Assembly (NCBI GenBank): GCA_002269645.1
Contig: NIVC01001646.1
Location: 62,001-126,000 of the forward strand
Direction: 5' to 3'
From: Macrostomum lignano
Taxonomy: Eukaryota
Length of the DNA stretch: 64,000 bases
The notes below the pieces were generated by a model that was not told where the DNA came from, ran no database searches, and worked only from the letters and a program-made list of their open reading frames with translations. Positions within the stretch are counted from its first letter, which is position 1, and each line of letters opens with the position of its first letter. Positions 26,070 to 38,146 of the stretch are shown here, in pieces. A program made the position numbers and the translations under genes.

Positions 26070-28540
26070 TCCCTTAGTCTCCCCTGTTCCTCTCCTAGTC
26101 TCCCCTGTTCCTCTCCTAGTCTCCCCTGTTCCTCTCTTAGTCTCCCCTGTTCCTCTCCTAGTCTCCCTGTTCCTCTCCTAGTCTCCCCTGTTCCTCTCTT
26201 AGTCTCCCCTGTTCCTCTCCTAGTCTCCCTGTTCCTCTCCTAGTCTCCCCTGTTCCTCTCCTAGTCTCCCCTGTTCCTCTCCTAGTCTCCCCTGTTCCTC
26301 TCCTAGTCTCCCCTGTTCCTCTCCTAGTCTCCCCTGTTCCTCCCTTAGTCTCCCCTGTTCCTCTCTTAGTCTCCCCTGTTCCTATCCTAGTCTCCCCTGT
26401 TCCTCTCCTAGTCTCCCCTGTTCCTCTCCTAGTCTCCCCTGTTCCTCTCTTAGTCTCCCCTGTTCCTCTCCTAGTCTCCCCTGTTCCTCTCCTAGTCTCC
26501 CCTGTTCCTCTCCTAGTCTCCCCTGTTCCTCTCTTAGTCTCCCCTGTTCCTCTCCTAGTCTCCCCTGTTCCTCTCCTAGTCTCCCCTGTTCCTCTCCTAA
26601 TCTTCCCTGTTCCTCTACTAGTCTCCCCTGTTCCTCTCCTAGTCTCTCCTGTTCCTCTCCTAGTCTCCCCTGTTCCTCTCTTAGTCTCCCCTGTTCCTCT
26701 CTTAGTCTCCCCTGTTCCTCTCTTAGTCTCCCCTGTTCCTCTCCTAATCTCCCCGGTTCCTCTCTTAGTCTCCCTCTTCCTCTCCTAGTCTCCCCTGTTC
26801 CTCTCCTAATCTTCCCTGTTCCTCTACTAGTCTCCCCTGTTCCTCTCCTAGTCTCCCCTGTTCCTCTCCTAGTCTCCCCTGTTCCTCTCCTAGTCTCCCC
26901 TGTTCCTCTCCTAGTCTCCCCTGTTCCTCTCCTAGTCTCCCCTGTTCCTCTCCTAGTCTCCCCTGTTCCTCCCTTAGTCTCCCCTGTTCCTCTCTTAGTC
27001 TCCCCTGTTCCTATCCTAGTCTCCCCTGTTCCTCTCCTAGTCTCCCCTGTTCCTCTCCTAGTCTCCCCTGTTCCTCTCTTAGTCTCCCCTGTTCCTCTCC
27101 TAGTCTCCCCTGTTCCTCTCCTAGTCTCCCCTGTTCCTCTCCTAGTCTCCCCTGTTCCTCTCCTAGTCTCCCCTGTTCCTCTCCTAGTCTCCCCTGTTCC
27201 TCTCCTAGTCTCCCCTGTTCCTCTCCTAATCTTCCCTGTTCCTCTACTAGTCTCCCCTGTTCCTCTCCTAGTCTCTCCTGTTCCTCTCCTAGTCTCCCCT
27301 GTTCCTCTCTTAGTCTCCCCTGTTCCTCTCTTAGTCTCCCCTGTTCCTCTCTTAGTCTCCCCTGTTCCTCTCCTAATCTCCCCGGTTCCTCTCTTAGTCT
27401 CCCTCTTCCTCTCCTAGTCTCCCCTGTTCCTCTCCTAATCTTCCCTGTTCCTCTACTAGTCTCCCCTGTTCCTCTCCTAGTCTCTCCTGTTCCTCTCCTA
27501 GTCTCCCCTGTTCCTCTCTTAGTCTCCCCTGTTCCTCTCTTAGTCTCCCCTGTTCCTCTCTTAGTCTCCCCTGTTCCTCTCCTAATCTCCCCTGTTCCTC
27601 TCCTAGTCTCCCCTGTTCCTCTCCTAGTCTCTCCTGTTCCTCTCCTAGTCTCCCCTGTTCCTCTCTTAGTCTCCCCTGTTCCTCTCCTAGTCTCCCCTGT
27701 TCCTCTCCTAGTCTCCCCTGTTCCTCTCCTAGTCTCCCCTGTTCCTCTCCTAGTCTCCCCTGTTCCTCTCCTAGTCTCCCCTGTTCCTCTCCTAATCTTC
27801 CCTGTTCCTCTACTAGTCTCCCCTGTTCCTCTCCTAGTCTCTCCTGTTCCTCTCCTAGTCTCCCCTGTTCCTCTCTTAGTCTCCCCTGTTCCTCTCTTAG
27901 TCTCCCCTGTTCCTCTCCTAGTCTCCCCTGTTCCTCTCCTAATCTCCCCTGTTCCTCTCTTAGTCTCCCCTGTTCCTCTCCTAGTCTCCCCTGTTCCTCT
28001 CCTAGTCTCCCCTGTTCCTCTCCTAGTCTCCCCTGTTCCTCTCCTAGTCTCCCCTGTTCCTCTCCTAGTCTCCCCTGTTCCTCTCCTAGTCTCCCCTGTT
28101 CCTCTCTTAGTCTCCCCTGTTCCTCTCTTAGTCTCCCCTGTTCCTCTCCTAATCTCCCCGGTTCCTCTCTTAGTCTCCCTCTTCCTCTCCTAGTCTCCCC
28201 TGTTCCTCTCCTAATCTTCCCTGTTCCTCTACTAGTCTCCCCTGTTCCTCTCCTAGTCTCTCCTGTTCCTCTCCTAGTCTCCCCTGTTCCTCTCTTAGTC
28301 TCCCCTGTTCCTCTCTTAGTCTCCCCTGTTCCTCTCTTAGTCTCCCCTGTTCCTCTCCTAATCTCCCCTGTTCCTCTCTTAGTCTCCCCTGTTCCTCTCT
28401 TAGTCTCCCTGTTCCTCTCCTAGTCTCCCCTGTTCCTCTCCTAATCTCCCCTGTTCCTCTCTTAGTCTCCCCTGTTCCTCTCTTAGTCTCCCCTGTTCCT
28501 CTCTTAGTCTCCCCTGTTCCTCTCCTAATCTCCCCTGTTC
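26070..28540. repeat. 21-bp minisatellite (tagtctcccctgttcctctcc)
   Basis: Direct reading. Confidence 0.97.
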
Positions 28541-28593
28541 CTCGTACACTCGACAGCTGAGAGTCAGTCGAGATCTACTCTAGTGAGCTGTAC

Positions 28594-28747
28594 TTGCAGT
28601 TCAGCCATGCACCAACTAGAATGGACACTGAGCCGAGTACTAATAGAAGAGGATCAGCGATTGAGTAAATCTGAAATCTGCACACAGAAGTACTGCATTT
28701 GTCCCCCCCATAAGTTATGGATGCTTCCTGTCCACAGAGCAACCCAC
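28594..28747 (-). CDS. Candidate exon with a hydrophobic stretch (..IYSIADPLLLVLGSVSILVGAWLNC)
   Basis: Acceptor caatag|GT, donor AA|gtacag, 154 nt open. Phase 2 matches the next acceptor gtcttacag|G at 26046. Confidence 0.4.
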
Positions 28748-29134
28748 CTATTGTCAGGTTGCAGGATGAATGAAAAAGTGAGATAATTGACTCCTCCCTC
28801 CTTGACTCAGGAATATTTTACTTCAAAGAGGCGGGTGCTGATTGGCAGGCCCCCCCCCCTATTAATTAATAATTACTGTTGACAATCCACTGCCATCAAT
28901 CAGAGCCTGCTCACTGGAGCTCACAGAGCCACTCCAGTCCAATTCAGTGGTACCGGGTCCCCTATTCTTTACTACCGACTAAACGAATCCCCAGATTGTT
29001 CCAAAGTCACCGATTGGGAAATCCGAAACGATCTAGAGAAAGTGCATATTGGTTCATTGATCTGAAATTTATTTTTAATACAGACATAAATAGACAGAAT
29101 AGTGAGCTTGCGTGGCATTCTTGTGGTTCTAGAG

Positions 29135-31020
29135 AGACGGATAAAGGAGTAGAGAGATGAACAGAGGAGTGGAGAGATGGACAGAGAAGTAGAGAGATGG
29201 ATAGAGAAGTAGAGAGATGGATAGAGAAGTAGAGAGATGGATAGAGAAGTAGAGAGAAGGATAGAGAAGTAGAGAGATGGATAGAGAAGTAGAGAGATGG
29301 ATAGAGAAGCAGAGAGAGGGATGGAGGAGTAGAGAGACGGATAGAGGAGTAGAGAGATGGATAGAGAAGTAGAGAGATTGATAGAGGAGCAGAGAGATGG
29401 ATAGAGAAGTAGAGAGATGGATAGAGAAGTAGAGAGATGGATAGAGAAATAGAGAGATGAACAGAGGAGTAGAGAGAAGGATAGAGAAGTAGAGAGAAGG
29501 ATAGAGAAGTAGAGAGATGGATAGAGAAGTAGAGAGATGGATAGAGAAATAGAGAGATGAACAGAGGAGTAGAGAGAAGGATAGAGAAGTAGAGAGATGG
29601 ATAGAGGAGCAGAGAGATGGATAGAGAAGTAGAGAGATGGATAGAGAAGTAGAGAGATGGATAGAGAAATAGAGAGATGAACAGAGGAGTAGAGAGAAGG
29701 ATAGAGAAGTAGAGAGATGGATAGAGGAGCAGAGAGATGGATAGAGAAGTAGAGAGATGGATAGAGAAGTAGAGAGAAGGATAGAGAAGTAGAGAGATGG
29801 ATAGAGAAGTAGAGAGATTGATAGAGGAGCAGAGAGATGGATAGAGAAGTAGAGAGATGGATAGAGAAGTAGAGAGATGGATAGAGAAATAGAGAGATGA
29901 ACAGAGGAGTAGAGAGAAGGATAGAGAAGTAGAGAGATGGATAGAGAAGTAGAGAGATGGATAGAGAAGCAGAGAGAGGGATGGAGGAGTAGAGAGACGG
30001 ATAGAGGAGTAGAGAGATGGATAGAGAAGTAGAGAGATTGATAGAGGAGCAGAGAGATGGATAGAGAAGTAGAGAGATGGATAGAGAAATAGAGAGATGA
30101 ACAGAGGAGTAGAGAGAAGGATAGAGAAGTAGAGAGATGGATAGAGAAGTAGAGAGATGGATAGAGAAGTAGAGAGAAGGATAGAGAAGTAGAGAGATGG
30201 ATAGAGAAGTAGAGAGATGGATAGAGAAGTAGAGAGATGGATAGAGAAGTAGAGAGATGGATAGAGAAGTAGAGAGATGGATAGAGAAGTAGAGAGATGG
30301 ATAGAGAAATAGAGAGATGAACAGAGGAGTAGAGAGAAGGATAGAGAAGTAGAGAGATGGATAGAGAAGTAGAGAGATGGATAGAGAAGCAGAGAGAGGG
30401 ATGGAGGAGTAGAGAGACGGATAGAGGAGTAGAGAGATGGATAGAGAAGTAGAGAGATTGATAGAGGAGCAGAGAGATGGATAGAGAAGTAGAGAGATGG
30501 ATAGAGAAATAGAGAGATGAACAGAGGAGTAGAGAGAAGGATAGAGAAGTAGAGAGATGGATAGAGAAGTAGAGAGATGGATAGAGAAGTAGAGAGAAGG
30601 ATAGAGAAGTAGAGAGATGGATAGAGAAGTAGAGAGATGGATAGAGAAGTAGAGAGATGGATAGAGAAGTAGAGAGATGGATAGAGAAGTAGAGAGATGG
30701 ATAGAGAAGTAGAGAGATGGATAGAGAAGTAGAGAGATGGATAGAGAAGTAGAGAGATGGATAGAGAAGTAGAGAGATGGATAGAGAAGCAGAGAGAGGG
30801 ATGGAGGAGTAGAGAGACGGATAGAGGAGTAGAGAGAGGGATGGAGGAGTAGAGAGAGGGATGGAGGAGTAGAGAGACGGATAGAGGAGTAGAAAGACGG
30901 GTAAGGAAGTAGAGAGATGGATAGAGGAGTAGAGAGACGGGTAAGGAAGTAGAGAGATGCATAGAGAAGTAGAGAGATGCATAGAGAAGTAGAGAGATGC
31001 ATAGAGGAGTAGAGAGACAG
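29135..31020. repeat. 20-bp purine-rich minisatellite (atagagaagtagagagatgg) with a 420-bp higher-order duplication
   Basis: Lines 29881-30300 recur at 30301-30720. Confidence 0.97.
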
Positions 31021-31664
31021 AGAGCAGATTGAGTTGCAGAGCGAAAGCGGAGTGCAATCCAGGTCAATGTGACAAATATTGTCAAAGTCTTTTGCTCTTT
31101 GCGAAAGAACGGAAGAGACGGCCAGAAAAGTGCATCAGCAGCAACGCTCGTAGAAGCCAGTCTGAGAGCATCTGTGCCGAGGCAGTTGCAAAGCGGAAGC
31201 TCCTCATTCTCTGCTGCAGCTTAAGCACTCTATTGTTTGAGCAGAAACAATGCCCTTCTGTTTCTTAGTTTAAAGCCAGCCCAGTCCGCACTTGCTTTTT
31301 TAACCTGCCTCTGCACTCTGCTGTTGATTTTGACAGCGCAAACCTTTTTTACTGGGTGATGCTGATAAAGCGTTGGTCGGTCCTGATGGGGGAGGGGCGA
31401 GTCGCACGCAAAGTCTGCCCGCAAAAGCAGCAAGCCACCCGGAAGAGGACTTAAATTGGCAGAGTTGAAAGGCGGCTTTTTGTAGAGGGGTGCTAGAGAG
31501 AACCAGGAATATGCAAAGGTTTTGCTTGAGCGAAATAAAAAGCAGCTTAACAGCCTACTCTTGTGTTTCCTAAGTTCATACTTTTTGCTAATGTTTTTAA
31601 TTAACTAAATTTGACAGCTGTGCATAACTCACATGAAATTGGCTTCAGAACGGGAGTCACTGAA

Positions 31665-32285
31665 AACAGATGAGAACATATGAGAAACAGGTGAGAACAG
31701 GTGAGGGCAGGTGAGAACATGTGTGAACATGTGAGAACAGGTGAGAAACAGGTGAGAAATAGGTGAGAAACAGGTGAGAAACAGGTGAGAAACAGGTAAG
31801 AACATGTGAAAACAGGTGAGAAACAGGTGAGAAACAGGTGAGAAACAGGTGAGAAACAGGTGAGAAACAGGTGAAAACAGGTGAGAACAGGTGAGAAACA
31901 GGTGAGAACAGGTGAGAAACAGGTGAGAACAGGTGAGAACAAGTGAGAACATGTGAGAACAGGTGAGAACAGGCGAGAACAGGTGAGAACATGTGAGAAC
32001 ATGTGAAAACAGGTGAGAAACAGGTGAGAAACAGGTGAGAAACAGGTGAGAAACAGGTGAGAAACAGGTGAGAAACAGGTGAGAAACAGGTGAGAAATAG
32101 GTGAGAAACAGGTGAGAAACAGGTGAGAAACAGGTAAGAACATGTGAAAACAGGTGAGAAACAGGTGAGAAACAGGTGAGAAACAGGTGAGAAACAGGTG
32201 AGAAACAGGTGAGAAATAGGTGAGAAACAGGTGAGAAACACTGAGAACAGGTGAGAACAGGTGAGGGCAGGTGAGAACAGACGAG
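31665..32285. repeat. 10/11-bp minisatellite (aacaggtgaga)
   Basis: Direct reading. Confidence 0.95.
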
Positions 32286-32721
32286 AATAGAGTACTGAGA
32301 ACAGAATAATGAATGATAGTACAAAATTGTGCGAGAATCCTAGTAGATGGTAAATCCAGATCTCACAGCAGTAGGGGAGAGACGCGATGCAAAATAAAAG
32401 TGGTGACCCATCAGTTCTGCTTCGCAAATGCAGAGGGGCGCGGCGGTCGGGCTGCAAAGTTGCCGCGATCCAAAGAAGCCGCACTGGCCATAAAAAACTG
32501 CGCATTCCCAATGACCCTGCCAGACACATTAGAAAATTTACCACTTTTTGGCCACTAAGACTTTGTGTCTGCTGCTATTAGAAGCAGAGGCCAGAGGATG
32601 GAAGAGAAAGTTGATTGCGCAAAACCAGATGTGAAAACCGGACACCCCATGCAGTTATCATGCAGCCGCTGACCAAAGGTGCCGAATGACTTCGGTTGCC
32701 AAAGCTCGGGGTTTAAATTGA

Positions 32722-33910
32722 TATGAATACTCTATAGTTCGTGAATACTCTATAGTTTGTGAATACTCTATAGTTAGTGAATGCTCTATAGTTTGTGAAT
32801 ACTCTATAGTTTGTGAATGCTCTATAGTTCGTGAATACTCTATAGTTTGTGAATACTCTATAGTTTGTGAATACTCTATAGTTAGTGAATGCTCTATAGT
32901 TCGTGAATACTCTATAGTTTGTGAATACTCTATAGTTCGTGAATACTCTATAGTTTGTGAATACTCTATAGTTTGTGAATACTCTATAGTTTGTGAATAC
33001 TCTATAGTTTGTGAATACTCTATAGTTCGTGAATACTCTATAGTTTGTGAATACTCTATAGTTTGTGAATACTCTATAGTTCGTGAATACTCTATAGTTT
33101 GTGAATACTCTATAGTTAGTGAATATTCTATAGTTTGTGAATACTGTATAGTTCGTGAATACTCTATAGTTAGTAAATGCTCTATAGTTCGTGAATACTC
33201 TATAGTTTGTGAATACTCTATAGTTTGTGAATACTCTATAGTTAGTGAATGCTCTATAGTTCGTGAATACTCTATAGTTTGTGAATACTCTATAGTTCGT
33301 GAATACTCTATAGTTTGTGAATACTCTATAGTTTGTGAATACTCTATAGTTTGTGAATACTCTATAGTTTGTGAATACTCTATAGTTTGTGAATACTCTA
33401 TAGTTTGTGAATACTCTATAGTTCGTGAATACTCTATAGTTTGTGAATACTCTATAGTTTGTGAATACTCTATAGTTCGTGAATACTCTATAGTTTGTGA
33501 ATACTCTATAGTTTGTGAATACTCTATAGTTAGTGAATACTCTATAGTTTGTGAATACTCTATAGTTTGTGAATACTCTATAGTTTGTGAATACTCTATA
33601 GTTTGTGAATACTCTATAGTTTGTGAATACTCTATAGTTTGTGAATACTCTATAGTTTGTGAATGCTCTATAGTTTGTGAATACTCTATAGTTTGTGAAT
33701 ACTCTATAGTTTGTGAATACTCTATAGTTCGTGAATACTCTATAGTTTGTGAATACTCTATAGTTAGTGAATGCTCTATAGTTTAGTTTGTGAAGATTCT
33801 ATAGTTTGTGAAGATTCTATAGTTTGTGAAGATTCTATAGTTTGTGAAGATTCTATAGTTTGTGAAGATTCTATAGTTTGTGAAGATTCTATAGTTTGTA
33901 AAGATTCTAC
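32722..33910. repeat. 18-bp minisatellite (gtgaatactctatagttt), reverse complement of the array at 1-757
   Basis: Direct reading. Confidence 0.95.
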
Positions 33911-34257
33911 TTTATCCAGCCCGTGCGTGACTCGCTACTGTCAAGCGACAAATTGACTACCGGAGATTAAAAAGCCGGCCCAGGTGTTCGCTCAGTCAGG
34001 TAAGCGAGACAGGTGAGACACGAGTTTTGAATCGGTGAAGCCACGGTTTCGTCACCTGCTTCGACGCACCACAATGGGGCCAATGCAGGCGGGCATTGAC
34101 TGACAGGCCTGCTGACAATGCGTGGTCAAAAAGCTGTCAGATGTTACGCAACAGCAAAGCGAGTGCAAGTCTTGCCTCCATTTTTTTTCGGATGTTGTGT
34201 CCATTGAAAAGAAATGGTGTCATGCATTTTTAATGGGGTAACCTTGGACCTTATGCC

Positions 34258-34737
34258 CCACTGACAGCGGTCACCATTTCATCTGCTCACTGACAGCGGT
34301 CACCATTTCATCTGCTCACTGACAGCGGTCACCATTTAACCGATCTGCTCACTGACAGCGGTCACCATTTAACCGATCTGCTCACTGACAGCGGTCACCA
34401 TTCAACCGATCTGCTCACTGACAGCGGTCACCATTTAACCGATCTGCTCACTGACAGCGGTCACCATTTAACCGATCTGCTCACTGACAGCGGTCACCAT
34501 TTAACCGATCTGCTCACTGATAGCGGTCACCATTTAACCGATCTGCTCACTGACAGCGGTCACCATTTAACCGATCTGCTCACTGACAGCGGTCACCATT
34601 TAACCGATCTGCTCACTGACAGCGGTCACCATTCAACCGATCTGCTCACTGATAGCGGTCACCATTTAACCGATCTGCTCACTGACAGCGGTCACCATTT
34701 AACCGATCTGCTCACTGACAGCGGTCACCATTTCATC
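34258..34737. repeat. 33-bp minisatellite (actgacagcggtcaccatttaaccgatctgctc)
   Basis: Direct reading. Confidence 0.95.
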
Positions 34738-35397
34738 CTCTGCTCGCTAGAGGTCGTCCAGCTGGTGGATGAAAATGATTTACAATCCTCTGACCGGATG
34801 ACAGCAGAGAGTATCACTTGACTCGTTTCAACCCCGAGTCATATATATATATATGAGGATGCGCAGCGGAAGCTGTAACGTAGAAGAGGGACGCGGGATG
34901 GGGGCGTTACTTCTCACGCATCCCTGGGAAGGAGGGAGTGGCTGGTCTCTGAGAACGGAAAGATGGGCAAGGCCTCTGTGATGCAATAATAGTGTAGTGG
35001 ATGTGGAGCGCAGGATAAGGTAGCTAAGTGGGAGGAGCGACTGCGGGCAGCTGGACCGCAGGCTGGGATCGAATCTGCAGCTGCCGAACCAGATCTGCAT
35101 ACGCAGTGCTGTGGGGCCCAGTGGTAATTTGCTCAGCTAGTAATTGCCATACGGGAGTGGGCGGCAGGCCTTTTCCTAGATAAAAACAGGGTTGTCTCTT
35201 CCTTATCTCTATCTATCAGCCCCTCACATCACTCGGGCATCGGGAGTGGAAAGGATTACGTAATATAGCGTTGGCACGAGCACGTCCTTGAGCAAATATT
35301 ATCCTTTCTTTTCTTTTTTAAAGATTTATTTTTGACGTTCTTATTAACTTGGAGCAATGTACCATACTTGCTGCTTTAATTTAAGGACTTTGGTTTC

Positions 35398-36133
35398 CAG
35401 TCAGTCAGTCAGTCAGTCAGTCAGTCAGTCAGTCAGTCAGTCAGTCAGTCAGTCAGTCAGTCAGTCAGTCAGTCAGTCAGTCAGTCAGTCAGTCAGTCAG
35501 TCAGTCAGTCAGTCAGTCAGTCAGTCAGTCAGTCAGTCAGTCAGTCAGTCAGTCAGTCAGTCAGTCAGTCAGTCAGTCAGTCAGTCAGTCAGTCAGTCAG
35601 TCAGTCAGTCAGTCAGTCAGTCAGTCAGTCAGTCAGTCAGTCAGTCAGTCAGTCAGTCAGTCAGTCAGTCAGTCAGTCAGTCAGTCAGTCAGTCAGTCAG
35701 TCAGTCAGTCAGTCAGTCAGTCAGTCAGTCAGTCAGTCAGTCAGTCAGTCAGTCAGTCAGTCAGTCAGTCAGTCAGTCAGTCAGTCAGTCAGTCAGTCAG
35801 TCAGTCAGTCAGTCAGTCAGTCAGTCAGTCAGTCAGTCAGTCAGTCAGTCAGTCAGTCAGTCAGTCAGTCAGTCAGTCAGTCAGTCAGTCAGTCAGTCAG
35901 TCAGTCAGTCAGTCAGTCAGTCAGTCAGTCAGTCAGTCAGTCAGTCAGTCAGTCAGTCAGTCAGTCAGTCAGTCAGTCAGTCAGTCAGTCAGTCAGTCAG
36001 TCAGTCAGTCAGTCAGTCAGTCAGTCAGTCAGTCAGTCAGTCAGTCAGTCAGTCAGTCAGTCAGTCAGTCAGTCAGTCAGTCAGTCAGTCAGTCAGTCAG
36101 TCAGTCAGTCAGTCAGTCAGTCATTCAGTCAGT
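35398..36133. repeat. (CAGT)n microsatellite, about 180 units
   Basis: Direct reading; one interruption near 36123. Confidence 0.97.
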
Positions 36134-36964
36134 CGATTTTTCGACTGTTTTTTCGATTTTTCAAAACTCGTTTTTTTCAATTTTTTTCGAGTAGCTTGTG
36201 ACTTTAGCGTTTTTATGCTTCAGTTGTTTATGTCTAAAATGACCTTATGTTTTTACTTACAGTAACAGCATAAGAATGTTTTAATATAGGGAATTGGCCA
36301 GCTCAAATATGTTACAAAATAAACTTTTGTAGACCACGAAGAGACTTGTTTACGGGCAAAGGAAGCTTCATATCATTTTTTCGTCCACTTTTACGAGTAT
36401 TTAGCTTCTGAAGTGTCAGAGATAGCGCGACTCGGTGGGCAGTGTAAGCCAGACATTTGTGTATTAGTAGGAGTAATCTATCTGAACTTAAAGCAAGAAA
36501 GAGATAAAGTCTGTTACAACTAAACATAGGATGTTTTGACTCATGAAATTAAATTTCTTCTATTAGTTGCACTTCTTTGGAGCTTATAGTTACATAAAGG
36601 GTATGTAAACATCAAAACATCAAGTTACTGAATTATTCATGGACGTGAGTCGTGAGTTCGAAATAACTTTCAGGCAGTATGAGAATCGTTGCTCAGAGAT
36701 TGCTAAAATACAAATACCAATGCAAGTTTGTTGACTATTTTGTCCGTAGCGGATTTAGGGACGCGCAAAGGGCGTTCCTTGCGTTCGAGTTTGATATTTT
36801 ATTTTTATATGGGTATTTACATTTCATATGAGTAAATACAGGGGGCGTCGCCATGGATTTTATGGTGGGACAAAACCAAGAAATCAACATGTTTTGTATG
36901 TAGACATGTAACTCGTACATGACTAAATTCCTACGTTTCCATTATTTTGATAATTGTGTTGTCA

Positions 36965-37232
36965 GCGCTCATTTCGGCGCCGCAGGCACTCATTTTGGCG
37001 CCGCAGACACTCATTTTGGCGCCGCAGGCACTCATTTTGGCGCCGCAGACACTCATTTTGGCGCCGCAGGCACTCATTTTAGCGCTGCAGGCACTCATTA
37101 TAGCGCTGCAGGCACTCATTATAGCGCTGCAGGCACTCATTTTGGCGCCAAAGGCACTCATTATGGCGCCGCAGGCACTCATTATGGCACCGCAGGCACT
37201 CATTTTGGCGCCGAAGGCGCTATATTTTGGCG
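36965..37232. repeat. 21-bp minisatellite (ggcgccgcaggcactcatttt)
   Basis: Direct reading. Confidence 0.9.
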
Positions 37233-38146
37233 CCCTGAAGAAAAAATATTGTTGTCACAACGGGCCACAAGGTGGGGTGGGGGGGCAAAGCATTAGCATG
37301 TCCACTCCATAGCTTTTACTGGGGGGGACGTGTCGGAGGTGACGCGCCTTGGTAAAAAATCAAAAACAAAGATAACTTGTAATCTGCGCCACCCCGTTCA
37401 CAATTTTCTGGGTCCACGCCTGTTCTCTGTGTAGTTTTTTATTTTTTGGTATAGGCATAAGCAGAACGGAGATGGTATAAAGGCTTGTGACAGTTCCCAT
37501 AACCGCTTTTAGCCTGTTTTGATATACCTTTGTACTCGTATGCTAGTTAGTGTACGCTATGGCCGCGTATGTACACTGTTCCCCCCGCTAGTCCCAGGTC
37601 CACGCGGGCTAAAAATAGACGCAGCGTACATACCGGGCTGAAAAATTGGCAAGGACGGCCCAAAATGAGGGGGAGGGGTTGCCGGCTGAACGGCAAGGGT
37701 TTTTCTAGACTAGAGGGAAGGCCGCACTCGGATTGGACAACAACTGCACAGCTAAACTGCACAGTTTATAAAACTGCCCTCCATTCGTTCCCGCATTCAT
37801 TCTTGCAAGTCGACTAGTTAGGTAGCTAGCTAGCTCTCCTTTTAGACTAAGCGATAGTAAGCTACTACTAGACGGCTTACGATAATTCACATGGCCAGCG
37901 TTAGGCTAAAACAATAAAGAAATGACCACTCTACTGTTACACGTCTCCAAGCAGAGGAGATCAACCAAGCAGCAGCAGTCGCAGCAGCAGAGCAAAGGAA
38001 ACAGACGACCATACAGTTCTACTACGCCAATTGGCCGAATACGACAACCGGGATTAGCGGCATTTGCGCACTACTTTGCTTTCTCTAGAGTAGCCCTAGG
38101 CAGGTACACGCCTGCTTTAGCCGCAGACTTGCCGTCGCAGACGACC

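Noticed and set aside
37922-38146. Upstream ATG extending PPP1R3 by 75 aa
   Set aside because: Not excluded, but the extension is low-complexity with no family similarity; 38147 has better context and a preceding acceptor.
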